A stretch of DNA of 58,889 bases, counting the filler. It is 7 parts of 7 records of this genome, joined end to end, with 100 filler letters (N's around TTAATTAATTAA, not from the genome) between each part and the next. Parts side by side here need not be neighbours in the genome. Positions count along the whole stretch, not along the records: positions 12,071 to 25,437 come from SRR31147125_50841; 6 more parts are not named here. One strand, 5' to 3'. The notes under the pieces were generated by a model, which had not been told where the DNA came from, ran no database searches, and saw only the letters and a list, made by a program, of their open reading frames with translations. Below are positions 12,072 through 23,889 of this stretch, piece by piece. Both the position numbers and the translations under genes were made by a program. Every line of letters begins with the position of its first letter. Positions within the stretch are counted from its first letter, which is position 1.

Positions 12072-12773
12072 ACCTTCTTATTGTTTACATTAATAACATC
12101 TACAATAACAATATGTGCCAGCATTTTGTATGTAAATTCCCTGCAAAAAGGATATCTTTGCCTAGTTGTGCCTGTACAGGCATCAATCCCGTTTTTTATG
12201 ATGATCTGCACCTATTTTCTTTTTAAAGAAGTGCCTTCACTGAAATCCTGTTTTTTTATTGTTATCATTGTTTGCGGAATTGCTTATCTTTTAATAAAAA
12301 CATCCAACAGCAAAACCAATACAAATAAGAAAAGAATGTGGATGCCCTTGCTACACTCTGTTTTAGCAGCCGCACTTTTTGGGATTTCAACCGTTTTTGA
12401 CAGGATTGCTATTTCAGCAACAACCAATGGTGCATTGGCCTATTCTGCCTACTGGCATGTCATGACATCCATTATTTTGATGCCCGTTTTGTTTTTCCAG
12501 AAACAATTTCGTTTCGTAAACAAAACGGATTTGAAGAAGATGAATTTTTACGTCCTGGCCACGTTATGTGCTTTTGTTTTTCAACAACTTGCTGTTCAAT
12601 ATTCCCTGGATGTTGAAAATGGCGTCACCTTTGTAAAATCCATTGTCATGACGCATATCACTTTTGCATCCGGGATTGGGATTCTGTTATTAAAAGAAAA
12701 AATGAGTGTTGATTTTTTTCTTGCCAGTTTGGTGACGTTTATCGGCGGCTTTGGTTTGCTAATGACGATATGA
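12072..12773 (+). CDS. EamA/DMT family transporter (5'-partial)
   Basis: Hydrophobic two-repeat protein with YFLFKEVPS and ILLLKEKMS motifs; open from the contig edge. Confidence 0.75.
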   Translation, partial: TFLLFTLITSTITICASILYVNSLQKGYLCLVVPVQASIPFFMMICTYFLFKEVPSLKSCFFIVIIVCGIAYLLIKTSNSKTNTNKKRMWMPLLHSVLAAALFGISTVFDRIAISATTNGALAYSAYWHVMTSIILMPVLFFQKQFRFVNKTDLKKMNFYVLATLCAFVFQQLAVQYSLDVENGVTFVKSIVMTHITFASGIGILLLKEKMSVDFFLASLVTFIGGFGLLMTI

Positions 12774-12939
12774 TTCAGGTTCCTTTGGAATCGAAAAAAG
12801 TCTGAATGAACACAGGGAACATTAAATTAAAAAAAGTTTTAATTCATTCTCGCTCTTTATAATCTGATGAATCTGGAAAAAAGCTCAGTTTTGTTGTTAT
12901 TTTATAAATTTTTGTTTTGTGCTGGAAGGAGGAACCACC

Positions 12940-13656
12940 TTGCGCAAAGAAATCACACTTGTTGCCTTTGATGCGGATGATACTCTGTGGGTGAATGAAC
13001 CCTTTTATGAAGATGCATCAAAAAAATTAGAAGAAATTATCAAACAATACACGGATATTCAATCCATTTCGGATATACTCTACAAGACGCAGCTAAAAAA
13101 TTTGTCTCTGTTCGGTTATGGCGCCAAAGGTTTTACCATTTCCATGATCGAAACCGCAATCGAGCTTACCGATGAAAACATTTCCGCACCTGAAATTCAG
13201 GATATAATCAATATTGGCAAGTCTATGATCAACAATCCCATTGAATTGTTGCCCCACGTCGAAAAAATAATCAAAAATCTGTCACAACAAATCGATCTGA
13301 TGATCGTCACCAAGGGAGAATTATTTGATCAGGAAAGCAAGATTGCCCGTTCCGGATTATCGGATTTTTTTAAATATATAGAAATTGTCAGCGAAAAAGA
13401 TGATGAAACCTATATGAATATCCTGCAAAACCACAATACAGCACCGGAGAATTTTTTAATGATCGGAAATTCACCACGATCCGATATTTTGCCTGTGGTG
13501 AATATAGGTGCTCATGCCATTCACATTCCCTATGATACAACCTGGATTCATGAACATGTCAGCGATCATGATGTGTATGAAAAATATGAGGAATTGGAGT
13601 CTATCGAATTTTTGCCAGATGTTTTAAAAGAAAAGTTTTATTTACCCCTCGCCTGA
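12940..13656 (+). CDS. HAD superfamily hydrolase
   Basis: Motif I AFDADDTLW, VTKGE, motif IV MIGNSPRSDI; TTG start after AGGAGG. Confidence 0.9.
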   Translation: MRKEITLVAFDADDTLWVNEPFYEDASKKLEEIIKQYTDIQSISDILYKTQLKNLSLFGYGAKGFTISMIETAIELTDENISAPEIQDIINIGKSMINNPIELLPHVEKIIKNLSQQIDLMIVTKGELFDQESKIARSGLSDFFKYIEIVSEKDDETYMNILQNHNTAPENFLMIGNSPRSDILPVVNIGAHAIHIPYDTTWIHEHVSDHDVYEKYEELESIEFLPDVLKEKFYLPLA

Positions 13657-13761
13657 CTGATAAATTATTAAGGAGTTATTCACTAAACTCATAGACTTTT
13701 TTTGTTTAGTTTAATTCACGGTAAATTTATCCAGTGTCTTATAGATTTAAGCAGGGAACTG

Positions 13762-15138
13762 ATGATGCTAAAATTACTTAATTTATCTCGCCTTATTTTC
13801 ATCCTAATGTGTGCCAGTTCTATGCTTTTGGGATGTACAAAAGGCAATTCTTTGAAACCGCGTTTGCTTGTTTTAACAGATATTGGCGGCGATCCGGATG
13901 ATCAACAATCCATGATCCGATTAATGCTTTATACCAATGAAATCGATATAGAAGGATTTATAGCTTCAGCCTCAGGAACTCCGGGCGAGTTGAAAGAGGC
14001 GGTTGTTAAACTCCATTTAATCGAAGAAATTGTTCATGCCTACGACAAAGTACGGGATAATTTAATCCAACATGATCCTGATTACCCCTTTGCCAGTTTC
14101 CTGTCGCAACGGATCAAATCCGGAAATCCTTTTCGTGGAGTCGATGCTATTGGAAAGGGCAAGGATACCGAAGGCTCTAACTGGATCATTTCTGTCGTTG
14201 ATAAACCAGACCCACGGCCTCTTTATATAACGATATGGGGCGGCCAAACCGACCTGGCCCAGGCATTATGGCGGGTGAAAAAGGATCGCAGCCAAAAAGA
14301 CTATTTTGAATTTGTTTCCCGTATCCGTATTTATGATATCGCTGATCAGGATGGTATATACGACTGGATGATGTCTACTTTTCCGGATCTCTGGTATATT
14401 CTCAATAAAAGCGCTCCCGGGGAGGACAAGCGCACAGCTGTTTTTCGTGGCATGTATTTGGGTGGAGATGAATCTCTCACATCGCGCGAGTGGATTGATA
14501 CCTTTATCCGGCTACATCATGGCCCACTGGGAGCACTCTATCCGACCAGAACCTGGACAGCTCCGAATCCACACGGTACGATGAAAGAAGGGGATACACC
14601 TTCCTGGTTTTATATCCTTCAAAACGGCTTGAATGAGCCGGATTTACCACACTATGGCGGCTGGGGTGGACGATTTCAAAAGGTAAATGCAAGATTGTAT
14701 CGCGATGCCGAGGATTTGGTTGATGGTGTCCGGCACGGCCGTGTTACAGTCTGGCGCTGGCGACAGGATTTTCAAAATGATTTTGCGGCACGAATGGATT
14801 GGTGTGTGAACGGATATGGCAAGGCCAATCATCACCCGGTTGTCCGGGTGGCAGGTGACCATTCTCGACTTGTGCTACCCGGCGAAAAGGTTGTTTTGAA
14901 CGCTTCCGAATCCCATGATCCGGATGGTGATGAATTATTGTTTGAATGGCTATATTATCCGGAAGCCGGCACTTTCGAGGGTACCATTCAACTCGAAAAT
15001 AACGGAAATGCCATTTCTTCATTTGTCGCACCTGTTGTTGAAAAACCGGAATCAATACATATTATATCCCGAGTGACTGATAAAGGGCAGCCACCGTTGA
15101 CGCGTTATAAACGGCTTGTTATTAATATTGAACCATGA
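13762..15138 (+). CDS. DUF1593 (Sde182 nucleoside-hydrolase-like) lipoprotein with C-terminal PKD/REJ-like domain
   Basis: LTDIGGDPDDQQSMIRLMLY, IWGG, KEGDTPSW, GGWGGRF, QNDFAARMDW, SHDPDGD; lipobox LLGC. Confidence 0.88.
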   Translation: MMLKLLNLSRLIFILMCASSMLLGCTKGNSLKPRLLVLTDIGGDPDDQQSMIRLMLYTNEIDIEGFIASASGTPGELKEAVVKLHLIEEIVHAYDKVRDNLIQHDPDYPFASFLSQRIKSGNPFRGVDAIGKGKDTEGSNWIISVVDKPDPRPLYITIWGGQTDLAQALWRVKKDRSQKDYFEFVSRIRIYDIADQDGIYDWMMSTFPDLWYILNKSAPGEDKRTAVFRGMYLGGDESLTSREWIDTFIRLHHGPLGALYPTRTWTAPNPHGTMKEGDTPSWFYILQNGLNEPDLPHYGGWGGRFQKVNARLYRDAEDLVDGVRHGRVTVWRWRQDFQNDFAARMDWCVNGYGKANHHPVVRVAGDHSRLVLPGEKVVLNASESHDPDGDELLFEWLYYPEAGTFEGTIQLENNGNAISSFVAPVVEKPESIHIISRVTDKGQPPLTRYKRLVINIEP

Positions 15139-15222
15139 GAGTTTATTATTTTACTAATTCTGAATGCGATTCAGCGCTAAAGCTAGTCAGCCTTTTGAGG
15201 TTATTTTCATTTTGGAGATGTT

Positions 15223-15921
15223 ATGCGCTATCTGTTTATTAGTTTATTTTTTGTCCTGGCCTGCAATCCAACCGACAAATTTGATTTTGCTAAAATGGAA
15301 TCCTCCGGATCTGTTCTACTGCCATCTGAAACACCAGATCAATGGCTTTTGGCACATATTGATGTGGAAACAACAGGATTACTACCGGGATATCATGAGA
15401 TGATCGATATTGGACTTGTGATGACGGATTTACAAGGACATATCCTTGACAGCCTGTTTTTACGTATTCAGCCGCAGCATCCTGAGCGACTTTCAGAAGG
15501 CGCTTTTAAAGTAAATGCATTTGATCCCAAACACTGGGAAGAGTTGGGTGCCCTGACTATCGATGCTGCAGTGGACAGCATTATAACATTTCACAAAAAA
15601 GTGGCTGGTAAAAGGAATGTATTAATGGTAGCAAATAATTCCCATTTTGACGCAGCATTTCTGGATTATTTATTTCGCTCTGCCAATAAAACCTGGCGCC
15701 AGTTGTATTATTATTATATCCTGGACATCCCTTCCATGGCCTGGGGTTTGGGATTACGGGGCCTGAATAATCAGAAACTTATGGAGTATTATAATATTGT
15801 CGATGAACCGCACATAGCTGAGCAGCATACTGGCATCACGGGTGCGAAAAAAAATGTACGCCTCTACCAGGCATTGAATCGTTATCGTCAGGAGAATATC
15901 AACAGAGGATTGGTAAAATAA
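15223..15921 (+). CDS. DEDDh-like 3'-5' exonuclease-fold lipoprotein
   Basis: IDVETTGL, NNSHFDAAFL, LDI, EQHTGITGA; signal peptide with lipobox VLAC. Confidence 0.82.
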   Translation: MRYLFISLFFVLACNPTDKFDFAKMESSGSVLLPSETPDQWLLAHIDVETTGLLPGYHEMIDIGLVMTDLQGHILDSLFLRIQPQHPERLSEGAFKVNAFDPKHWEELGALTIDAAVDSIITFHKKVAGKRNVLMVANNSHFDAAFLDYLFRSANKTWRQLYYYYILDIPSMAWGLGLRGLNNQKLMEYYNIVDEPHIAEQHTGITGAKKNVRLYQALNRYRQENINRGLVK

Positions 15922-16074
15922 AAAATCCTTGTTATTTGTAATTTCTTTTGCTACAATTAATGTTAGTGTAAAATATTTAAGAAATTCTATTCTTTTCTTA
16001 AATATTTTAATAGAATAAGGTGTGATTTTTCAATGGTCTCTATGGGGGACCGCAACTGTTAGCAGGAACTATAC

Positions 16075-17844
16075 ATGCAGTTTCAATTTACAATTTATTT
16101 CTGGATTTTATTTTTTTCAGCAGCTCTTTCTTTGACAGTTGCCCTGATGATTTGGCGGAATCGTCGCAATCCGGGCGGACGATCGTTTTTTTTGATGATG
16201 CTTGCCGTGGCAGAGTGGTCACTTGCTGCTGGTCTGGAAGCAGCGGCAATAGGGGAAACAGCGAAATTTTTCTGGTCAAAGTGGGAGCATCTTGGCTCCA
16301 ACGCAACGGCTGTATTTTTTCTCTTGTTCGCAATTGAATATACCGGCTATGGTTCCTGGCTGACAAAAACAACAAGAAAAGTGATCTGGTACATCCCGAT
16401 TTTAAACATGTTGCTTGCCGCTAGCGATTCATGGCATGGTCTTGTTTGGGCTGGTTTTACCCCTTCGGCGGTTGCCGAGAATATGATTATATACCATCAT
16501 GGTCCGGGATTTTTCTTTATCACATTTATCATTTATGGTTACCTTGCTGTTGCCAGTCTTTTACTCATCATTACAGCCTTTCGTGCATCAAAATTACAAC
16601 AAAAGCAAATTTTTATCCTTGTTTTAGCAGCTGTTATTCCCTGGATTGCGAGTATTATCTATTTGTCAGATATTTCACCTTTACCCGGTCTGAATATCAT
16701 TCCATCAAGTCTTGTGTTTGTCGGTATTTTTATGGGATGGTCTGTATTTAGATTTCGATTTTTAGATCTTATCCCGGTTGCCCGCGATCTCTTGTTGGAA
16801 AAGGTGGGAGATGGAATCATGGTTCTCGATTCCCGGTACCGACTTGTTGACATGAATCAGGCTGCCGAAGTTCTGATACATTTACCGCGACGCAAAGCTA
16901 TTGGTTTGCCTGTTTTTGAAATTTGTGGTTCGCAACCTGAACTCTTGTCTCTTATTCATTCCAAATCAAATGAAAAGCTCGAAATAGAGTGGTTCTTGAA
17001 TAAAGAGAAACACATTTTTGATGTCAGGATTACACCCATTAAAGACTGGAAGGGTGACATCGCGGGTCAATTACTCATCTGGCATGATATCACTGAGAAT
17101 AAACACGCTGAACAGGAACGTGAGGCTATTATCAAGGATCTGGAAAATGCCAATGCAACCAGGGATCGTTTCTTTTCCATTATTTCTCATGATCTTCGTA
17201 ATCCATTTAACGTGATTTTGAGTTTTGTAAGCCTTATAAAAAGTAGCGTGGATACTCTTTCCCGCGATGAAATCGTAGAGTTGACTGACGAACTGTATAA
17301 TAGTACAGAAAAAACACGGCTCTTGCTGGAAAATTTGCTGAGTTGGTCTCAATCTCAGATCGGATCGTTAAAATTTAATCCGGGCATTTATCATTTTAAA
17401 CTGCTGGCTCAATCTGTGTTTGATCTTGTTGAGAATCAGGCAAACGCAAAAGATATCAAAATAGAAAGCAAGATAGCAAAGGACATCTCTGTTTATGCCG
17501 ATAATAACATGACATCCACCATTCTCAGAAACCTGTTTTCCAACGCCATAAAGTTTACACCCAAAGGGGGCATGATTACGCTGGAAACTGAAAGAGACAA
17601 CAATAAGGTTGTTGTTCATGTAAAAGATAATGGTGTCGGCATAGACAAATCAAAACAGGATTTACTCTTTAAAATTGAAAACAAAACCACCACTGATGGC
17701 ACTGACAATGAAAGAGGCAGCGGCATTGGCCTGATCCTCTGCAAGGAATTAGTTGAAAAACAGGGTGGTGAGATATCCGTGCAAAGCGTAGCGGGAGAGG
17801 GGAGTGTTTTTAGTTTTACTATTCCGGCGGCACCAAATGAGTGA
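16075..17844 (+). CDS. HisKA_7TM-PAS sensor histidine kinase
   Basis: About 7 N-terminal TM helices; PAS (GDGIMVLD..VDMN); H-box SIISHDLRNP; NLFSNAIKFT, DNGVGI, GSGIGL. Confidence 0.92.
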   Translation: MQFQFTIYFWILFFSAALSLTVALMIWRNRRNPGGRSFFLMMLAVAEWSLAAGLEAAAIGETAKFFWSKWEHLGSNATAVFFLLFAIEYTGYGSWLTKTTRKVIWYIPILNMLLAASDSWHGLVWAGFTPSAVAENMIIYHHGPGFFFITFIIYGYLAVASLLLIITAFRASKLQQKQIFILVLAAVIPWIASIIYLSDISPLPGLNIIPSSLVFVGIFMGWSVFRFRFLDLIPVARDLLLEKVGDGIMVLDSRYRLVDMNQAAEVLIHLPRRKAIGLPVFEICGSQPELLSLIHSKSNEKLEIEWFLNKEKHIFDVRITPIKDWKGDIAGQLLIWHDITENKHAEQEREAIIKDLENANATRDRFFSIISHDLRNPFNVILSFVSLIKSSVDTLSRDEIVELTDELYNSTEKTRLLLENLLSWSQSQIGSLKFNPGIYHFKLLAQSVFDLVENQANAKDIKIESKIAKDISVYADNNMTSTILRNLFSNAIKFTPKGGMITLETERDNNKVVVHVKDNGVGIDKSKQDLLFKIENKTTTDGTDNERGSGIGLILCKELVEKQGGEISVQSVAGEGSVFSFTIPAAPNE

Positions 17845-18127
17845 TTTTGGCAATGAATAATATTCTTCAACAGCGGAATATTTTAACCCGAGTTTTTGTA
17901 TCAACCGAATTTATCATCTCTTTTAGTTTACCAGCATCACTAAAAACAAACGCAGTTTGTTCATCTTTTAATTTCCTGCTTGACATTAATTTAAATAAGA
18001 AACTGCCTGAGAGAGTTTTTATTGAAAAAAAGTGTTTATTATCCCGTCCTGTTACTCGTTCGAAAAGATAGAACCCAAAAAAATAAACTGATTTAAAATT
18101 ACGAACTCGAGACTAAAAGGTTGAATT

Positions 18128-20879
18128 ATGAAATACCCAATAGCCATTCTCTCCGTTTTTTGCCTCTTGTTTGCCATTTTGCAATGTGAGTTTAACTCGA
18201 AAAAAAATCCCCATTTTGAAAAACTCTTGTGTGAATATGCCAGTAATCCAATAAATGTGGACGTGAAAAATCCGCGATTCTCCTGGATTATCAAATCAAA
18301 TCAGCGTGGTGCACAACAGACCGCTTTTCAGATCCTTGTTGCCTCTTCCTCAAAAATACTGCAGAATAACAATGGTAATATGTGGGACTCGGGAGTAGTA
18401 AATTCCTCCAGTACAACACATCATCTATATAAAGGCCTGAAATTAAAAAGTAATACAACATACTTTTGGAAGGTTCGTGTCTGGTTTGCAAGCGATTCTG
18501 AAATTGAAAGCGATATAGCCAGTTTCAGCACGGCGTTATTAACACAGGAAGAATGGATCGCCAAATGGATCGGCGCCGGACCATTAAAAGAACCGCGCTC
18601 CGAGGCTGGATTTTTCAAAAGTGCCAAAGAACAGTATGCTCTCTCTGATACCGTCCGGCACCAGGGAATATCCGAGTTGTTCCGTAAAGAGATTATATGC
18701 CCACAGGGCATCAAAAAGGCCACTGTTTTTGCGAGCGGGCTTGGTTATTACGAGTTATTTATGAATGGAAGCCGCATATCGGATTTTCTTCTCAATCCCG
18801 CAAAAACACATTACCGAAAACAGGTATTATATGATACCTATGATGTGACGACGTGTCTGAATAAAGGCGCGAACGTCATTGGGCTTCATCTTGGCAACGG
18901 CTGGTTCAATCCCTATAAAAAATGGTGGCGACCTTATCGCATGCAGTGGTTTGGTGCAAAACGGGCCATTCTGCAGATGCATGTGGGAATTCAACGATGG
19001 CTCGAGCCGGATATATTCAACGGATGATAGCTGGAAAACAACACCGGGACCAGTGCTTTTTAATTGTGTCTATGATGGTGAAGTATATGATGCCAATTTG
19101 GAACGTCCCAGCTGGTCAGAGACCGGCTATGATGATTCCAGCTGGGATTTTGTGAATATTGTAGAACCTCCAGGTGGTGAAATGGTATCGCAGATGATGC
19201 CTCCTATCAAAGTAATACAAACATTAAAACCGGTGAAAAAATATACGCCAAAACCGGGTGTCTTTGTCTATGATATGGGACAAAATTTTACCGGCTGGGC
19301 TCGTATGACAGTCAAAGGAGAAAAGGGCACCAAAGTGAGAATCCGCTTTGCAGAAGAAATCACTGATAACGGAGAGCTGGACGTAAAAAGCAACGAAGGT
19401 GCCAAAGCGACTGCTGTTTATATTCTAAAAGGGAATGGAGTAGAGAATTACGAACCTCGGTTTACTTTTTTCGGATTTCGTTATGCCGAGATCACCGCCG
19501 AACCTGATATGCCAACCATCAAAAATGTTGAGGGCTGTGTGGTTCATTCTGCCTGTGAGCCGGCCGGAGAGTTTGAATGTGGCAACACCCTGATAAGCAA
19601 AATCCACCGTGCCACAATCTGGTCGCAAAAAAGTAATATGATAGGATATCCCCTTGACTGTCCGCAGCGAGATGAACGGCTCGGCTGGTTTGGTGACGCA
19701 CAGGTGACTGCAGAGGAAGCTCTGTTTAATTTTGATATGGCGTTATTTTATAAGAACTGGCTCAGCGGTATCAAAGTGAACCAGGATGAAAAGACAGGTG
19801 ATATTCCCATTATTTCACCCAGACCCTATATCTGGGATGAGGGCGTTGAATGGAGCAGCACCTATTTTACCCTCTTGTGGGATTATTATAAATATTATGG
19901 TGATACACAAATCCTGGCCGACCATTATGAGACCATGAAGCTGTACATGGACTTTTTACACTCCATATCCAAAAATTATATTCTGCCGCAGGGATGGATT
20001 GGTGACTGGGGGAGTCTGGTGGAAGGATGGCATGAGGGTGAACCGGAATCTGTGCCGACCGCATTTTATTATTATGATTCAATTATTTTGTCTAAAATCG
20101 CGTTAATTTTGAATAATAAAAAGGACGCAGCCCTTTATCAGGAATTGGCCCAAACAATTAAAGACAGATATAACCAGGCCTGGTTTAATAAAACCACAAA
20201 AAATTATAATGATGGCAGTCAAATGGCGAATGCCTTTCCTTTGTTGTTAGGTATAGTTCCAGATCAATATAAACAGGCTGTTCTTGACAATATCGTTACA
20301 GATGTCATTGAGAAAAACAAGGGCCATCTGACCGCCGGCGTCCTTGGTACCAAATATGTCATCGATGCTTTGACCCGGGAAGGGCGTGCTGATGTTGCCT
20401 GGCTTTTAGCGACGCAGACAGGTTATCCCAGTTGGTCGGATATGGTGGAAAAATATACTACACTCTGTGAATTCTGGACTCTCAAGCAGTCACATAATCA
20501 TGTGATGATGGGTAGCATTGATGCCTGGTTCTATAAAAACCTGGCAGGTATTTACACGGACGAGACATTCCCCGGATTTGAGAAAGTGATTATCAGGCCT
20601 TATATTCCGGAATCCTTAAATTTTGCCAGGGCTTCCATCGAAACGATCAAGGGCCGGGTCGAATCCGGATGGCAAAAATCTAAAAGCGATTTTTCCATGC
20701 ATGTTCGTGTACCCTTTAATACGGTCGCTGATATTTATATCCCGGCAACGGATAAAAACGCAGTTTATGAGAGTGGTAAACCTCTGCCCAGCTCTGATAC
20801 GATAAAATTTCTACGCCAGGAAGGTGGATATCAGGTTGTTTCGGTAAAATCCGGAATTTATGATTTTAAGGTGAGATAG
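18128..20879 (+). CDS. GH78 alpha-L-rhamnosidase (one indel at about 18986)
   Basis: ORFs 18128-19027 and 18879-20879 join after removing one G (QMHVEFNDG); YDMGQNFTGW, DCPQRDERLGWFGDA, SHNHVMMG. Confidence 0.9.
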
Positions 20880-21009
20880 GTCGTAAAAAAGTGGAATGAT
20901 AGCTGCGAAACGATTTTTTATTTGTTTTGAATTTTGCCGCTTTTTTCTAGATTAAAGTGTAGGTATGCTGGTCTATAAGATATTTTGAATTTAAAAAGCG
21001 AGAGTAGTC

Positions 21010-22583
21010 ATGTACGAGATGGACAGACGAACGTTTTTAAGAAAAATGGCTGTTGGTGCTGCAGCTGGCGCTATTGCACCTTTTGGTTGTATGAAGGCAA
21101 AAGGCAGTGGAAATAGACCGAATATCGTGCTCATTGTTGGTGATGATATCGGATATTCCGATATTGGCTGTTATGGTTCTGAAATAAAAACGCCTAATCT
21201 GGACAAGCTGGCTGGCAAAGGACTCCGTTTCACGCAATTTTATAATATGGCAAAATGTAATCCGACGCGCTCTTCTCTTTTTACTGGATTATTTCTGCCG
21301 AGAGAGAATGCAGAGAATGCCCAGTCATTCCCAACTCTGCTGCGACAGGCGGGTTATTTTACGGCTATGAGTGGTAAAGAACATTTTGACGACTGGGTTC
21401 CGAAACGCTGTTACGCTGAGAATTGTTTTGATGAATCTCTGACATTTTGGGCCAATAATGAATACTTTATCCCACCTTCAGGAAAGTTTAAACGTCCTTT
21501 TAAGGTGAATGGTAAGGAAATCCCCATCAGTCAGATGCCTGTTAACGAACCCCCATTTTACAAGACGGATGTGCTCACCGACTATGCTTTGCAGTATCTT
21601 GATTTGGCAAAAGAGACGGGAAAACCATTCTTTCTTTACCTTCCCTATAATGCCGCTCATTATCCGTTACAGGCCCGGAAAAAGATATTGCCAAATACAG
21701 GGGAACGTATAAAAAGGGATGGGATAAAATTCGTGAGGAACGGTATAAAAGACAAAAGACGCTGGGTGTTATTCCTGATGGATGTGAACTGAGTCCGCCG
21801 GAAGATAATATCAACAAATTCCGCGGTCCATACCGAGGCAATATCTACAAGTATCGCCCGTGGGATTCATTACCCGAAAATGAAAAAGATGAACTGGATC
21901 TGGAAATGGCTGTGTTTGCCGCCATTGTGGACCGTATGGATCAGAATATCGGACGGGTGATTCAAAAATTGCAAGATAATGGCGACCTGGAAAACACCCT
22001 GATTCTGTTTTTCTCTGACAACGGATCATGTCCATATGATACCAATAAAGATTTTACCATTCCGCCAGGCGGGCCTGATTCCTTTAGAACACTCTGTGCT
22101 GCCTGGGCAATTGTGGGTAACACACCTTACCGGTTTTACAAACAATATGGCCATGAAGGCGGGCCACGAACACATTTTATCGCCAATTGGCCCGGCAAGA
22201 TAAAACCCGGATTTTGTCAAGCCCCGGCGCATTTGGTGGATATCTATCCGACCCTGCTCGAATTAGCTGGCGCGGAATATCCGCCTAAAACTCCTGATGG
22301 CTCCACACCCACGCTTGATGGAACTTCACTTTTGCCATTATTAAAAGGTCAGGATCGTGAAGAGCCGGAAATTCTTATCTCAGGATTTACAGATCGTTTC
22401 AGAATGGTGCGCGTAGGTGACTGGAAAATCGTTCGTGTCAACGAAGGTCCGTGGGAGCTTTATAATATCAAAAATGATCCGACTGAACTTAATAACCTGG
22501 CCCAAACCACGCCTGACAAAATGACTGAACTTGTCACGCATTATGAATCATGGCTGGCCAATGAAGGAAAAAACGTTCTGTAG
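21010..22583 (+). CDS. Tat-exported arylsulfatase (one indel at about 21681)
   Basis: Tat motif DRRTFL; PNIVLIVGDDIG; CNPTR formylglycine motif; adding one A restores ARKKDIAKYRG and joins ORF 21906-22583 (FFSDNG, WELYNIKNDPTE). Confidence 0.9.
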
Positions 22584-22679
22584 AAAAACAAATAAACAGT
22601 TATGATATCAGTCAGTGAGCTTATGTGGTTTTACTCATTGATATAGATCACTTTTTTAATAATATGGCGGATTGTCTTT

Positions 22680-23750
22680 ATGACAAAAAGAGAAAAGATA
22701 CTTGGTGTATTACGCCGTGAACATTCTCAATTTGTGCCTTTCGAGTTTTCCTTATGTCCGGCTCTTTTTAAAGAATTTAAGAAACGGACAGGAATGGATA
22801 ATTATCAGGACTTTTATCAGTTTCCATTACGATATATTGAACTAAATCCGACACAAAAAAAGAGTGATTATACTGTTTACTATGAAAAACTTCCTCCAAA
22901 CGTCAGCCCGTTGCATTGGAATCCGGAATGGGGTGTTTTAGGTGTTGAGGGATCAGTTGCACATTTCCAACATATGCTGCATCCAATGAAAAATTTTCAA
23001 CATTTGGATGAAATTGATCAATATCCATTTCCGGATTTCATGGAAGATTATCGCTGGCAAGGACTTGAACAGCAAATTCAAAATATTATACAGAATGATT
23101 GCATTGCCGTTGCCTTTATGCAAATGACGATATTTGAAGTCGCCTGGTATCTCAGGGGTATGGATACATTATTGATGGACATGATTATCAATCCTGATTT
23201 CGCAGAACATCTTTTTGACAAAATAACAGAAATTCGTATTGAAATGGCAAAAAGATATGTAAAAAAGGGCGCAGATATTCTGATGTTAGGGGATGATATT
23301 GCATCACAAAACGCGATGATTATGGATCCTGAGTTATGGAGACGGACGCTAAAACCAAGGTTGACAAAAATTATTGATGAGGCACGAAAATATAAAAACG
23401 ATATTTTAATATTTTATCATACGGATGGCAATCCGGACAAGATAATTCCGGATTTAATAGAAATAGGTGTCGATATATTAAATCCTGTTCAACCGGAATG
23501 TATCGATCCTGTAAGATTAAAAAAAGAATATGGCAATGAATTATCCTTTTGGGGTACCCTGGGCACACAGACTATCATGCCATTTGGTACGAAACAAGAA
23601 GTTAAAGACATGTGTCGATTAATGATTGAACATGTTGGACAAGGAGGCGGATTGTGTCTGGCTCCTACTCATGTGTTGGAGCCAGATGTACCCTGGGACA
23701 ATATTGAAGCCTTTATTGAGGTGATAAATGATTTTAATAGCTTGAGTTAA
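22680..23750 (+). CDS. UroD/MtaA-CmuA superfamily protein
   Basis: AWYLRGMD, LGDDIA, FYHTDG, ILNPVQPEC, FWGTLGTQ, LAPTH, VPWDNI. Confidence 0.88.
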   Translation: MTKREKILGVLRREHSQFVPFEFSLCPALFKEFKKRTGMDNYQDFYQFPLRYIELNPTQKKSDYTVYYEKLPPNVSPLHWNPEWGVLGVEGSVAHFQHMLHPMKNFQHLDEIDQYPFPDFMEDYRWQGLEQQIQNIIQNDCIAVAFMQMTIFEVAWYLRGMDTLLMDMIINPDFAEHLFDKITEIRIEMAKRYVKKGADILMLGDDIASQNAMIMDPELWRRTLKPRLTKIIDEARKYKNDILIFYHTDGNPDKIIPDLIEIGVDILNPVQPECIDPVRLKKEYGNELSFWGTLGTQTIMPFGTKQEVKDMCRLMIEHVGQGGGLCLAPTHVLEPDVPWDNIEAFIEVINDFNSLS

Positions 23751-23889
23751 AAATAACACCAGTTTTTCAAAATAAGAAATCTATTATTTGTGATTATTAA
23801 CATTTTTCCTTTAAGAATAAATTAATTTCGTTTAATTAAAGTTTTTACAATAGTGAATAATTGAAAACATGATCCCAGAGGGTAATAGA

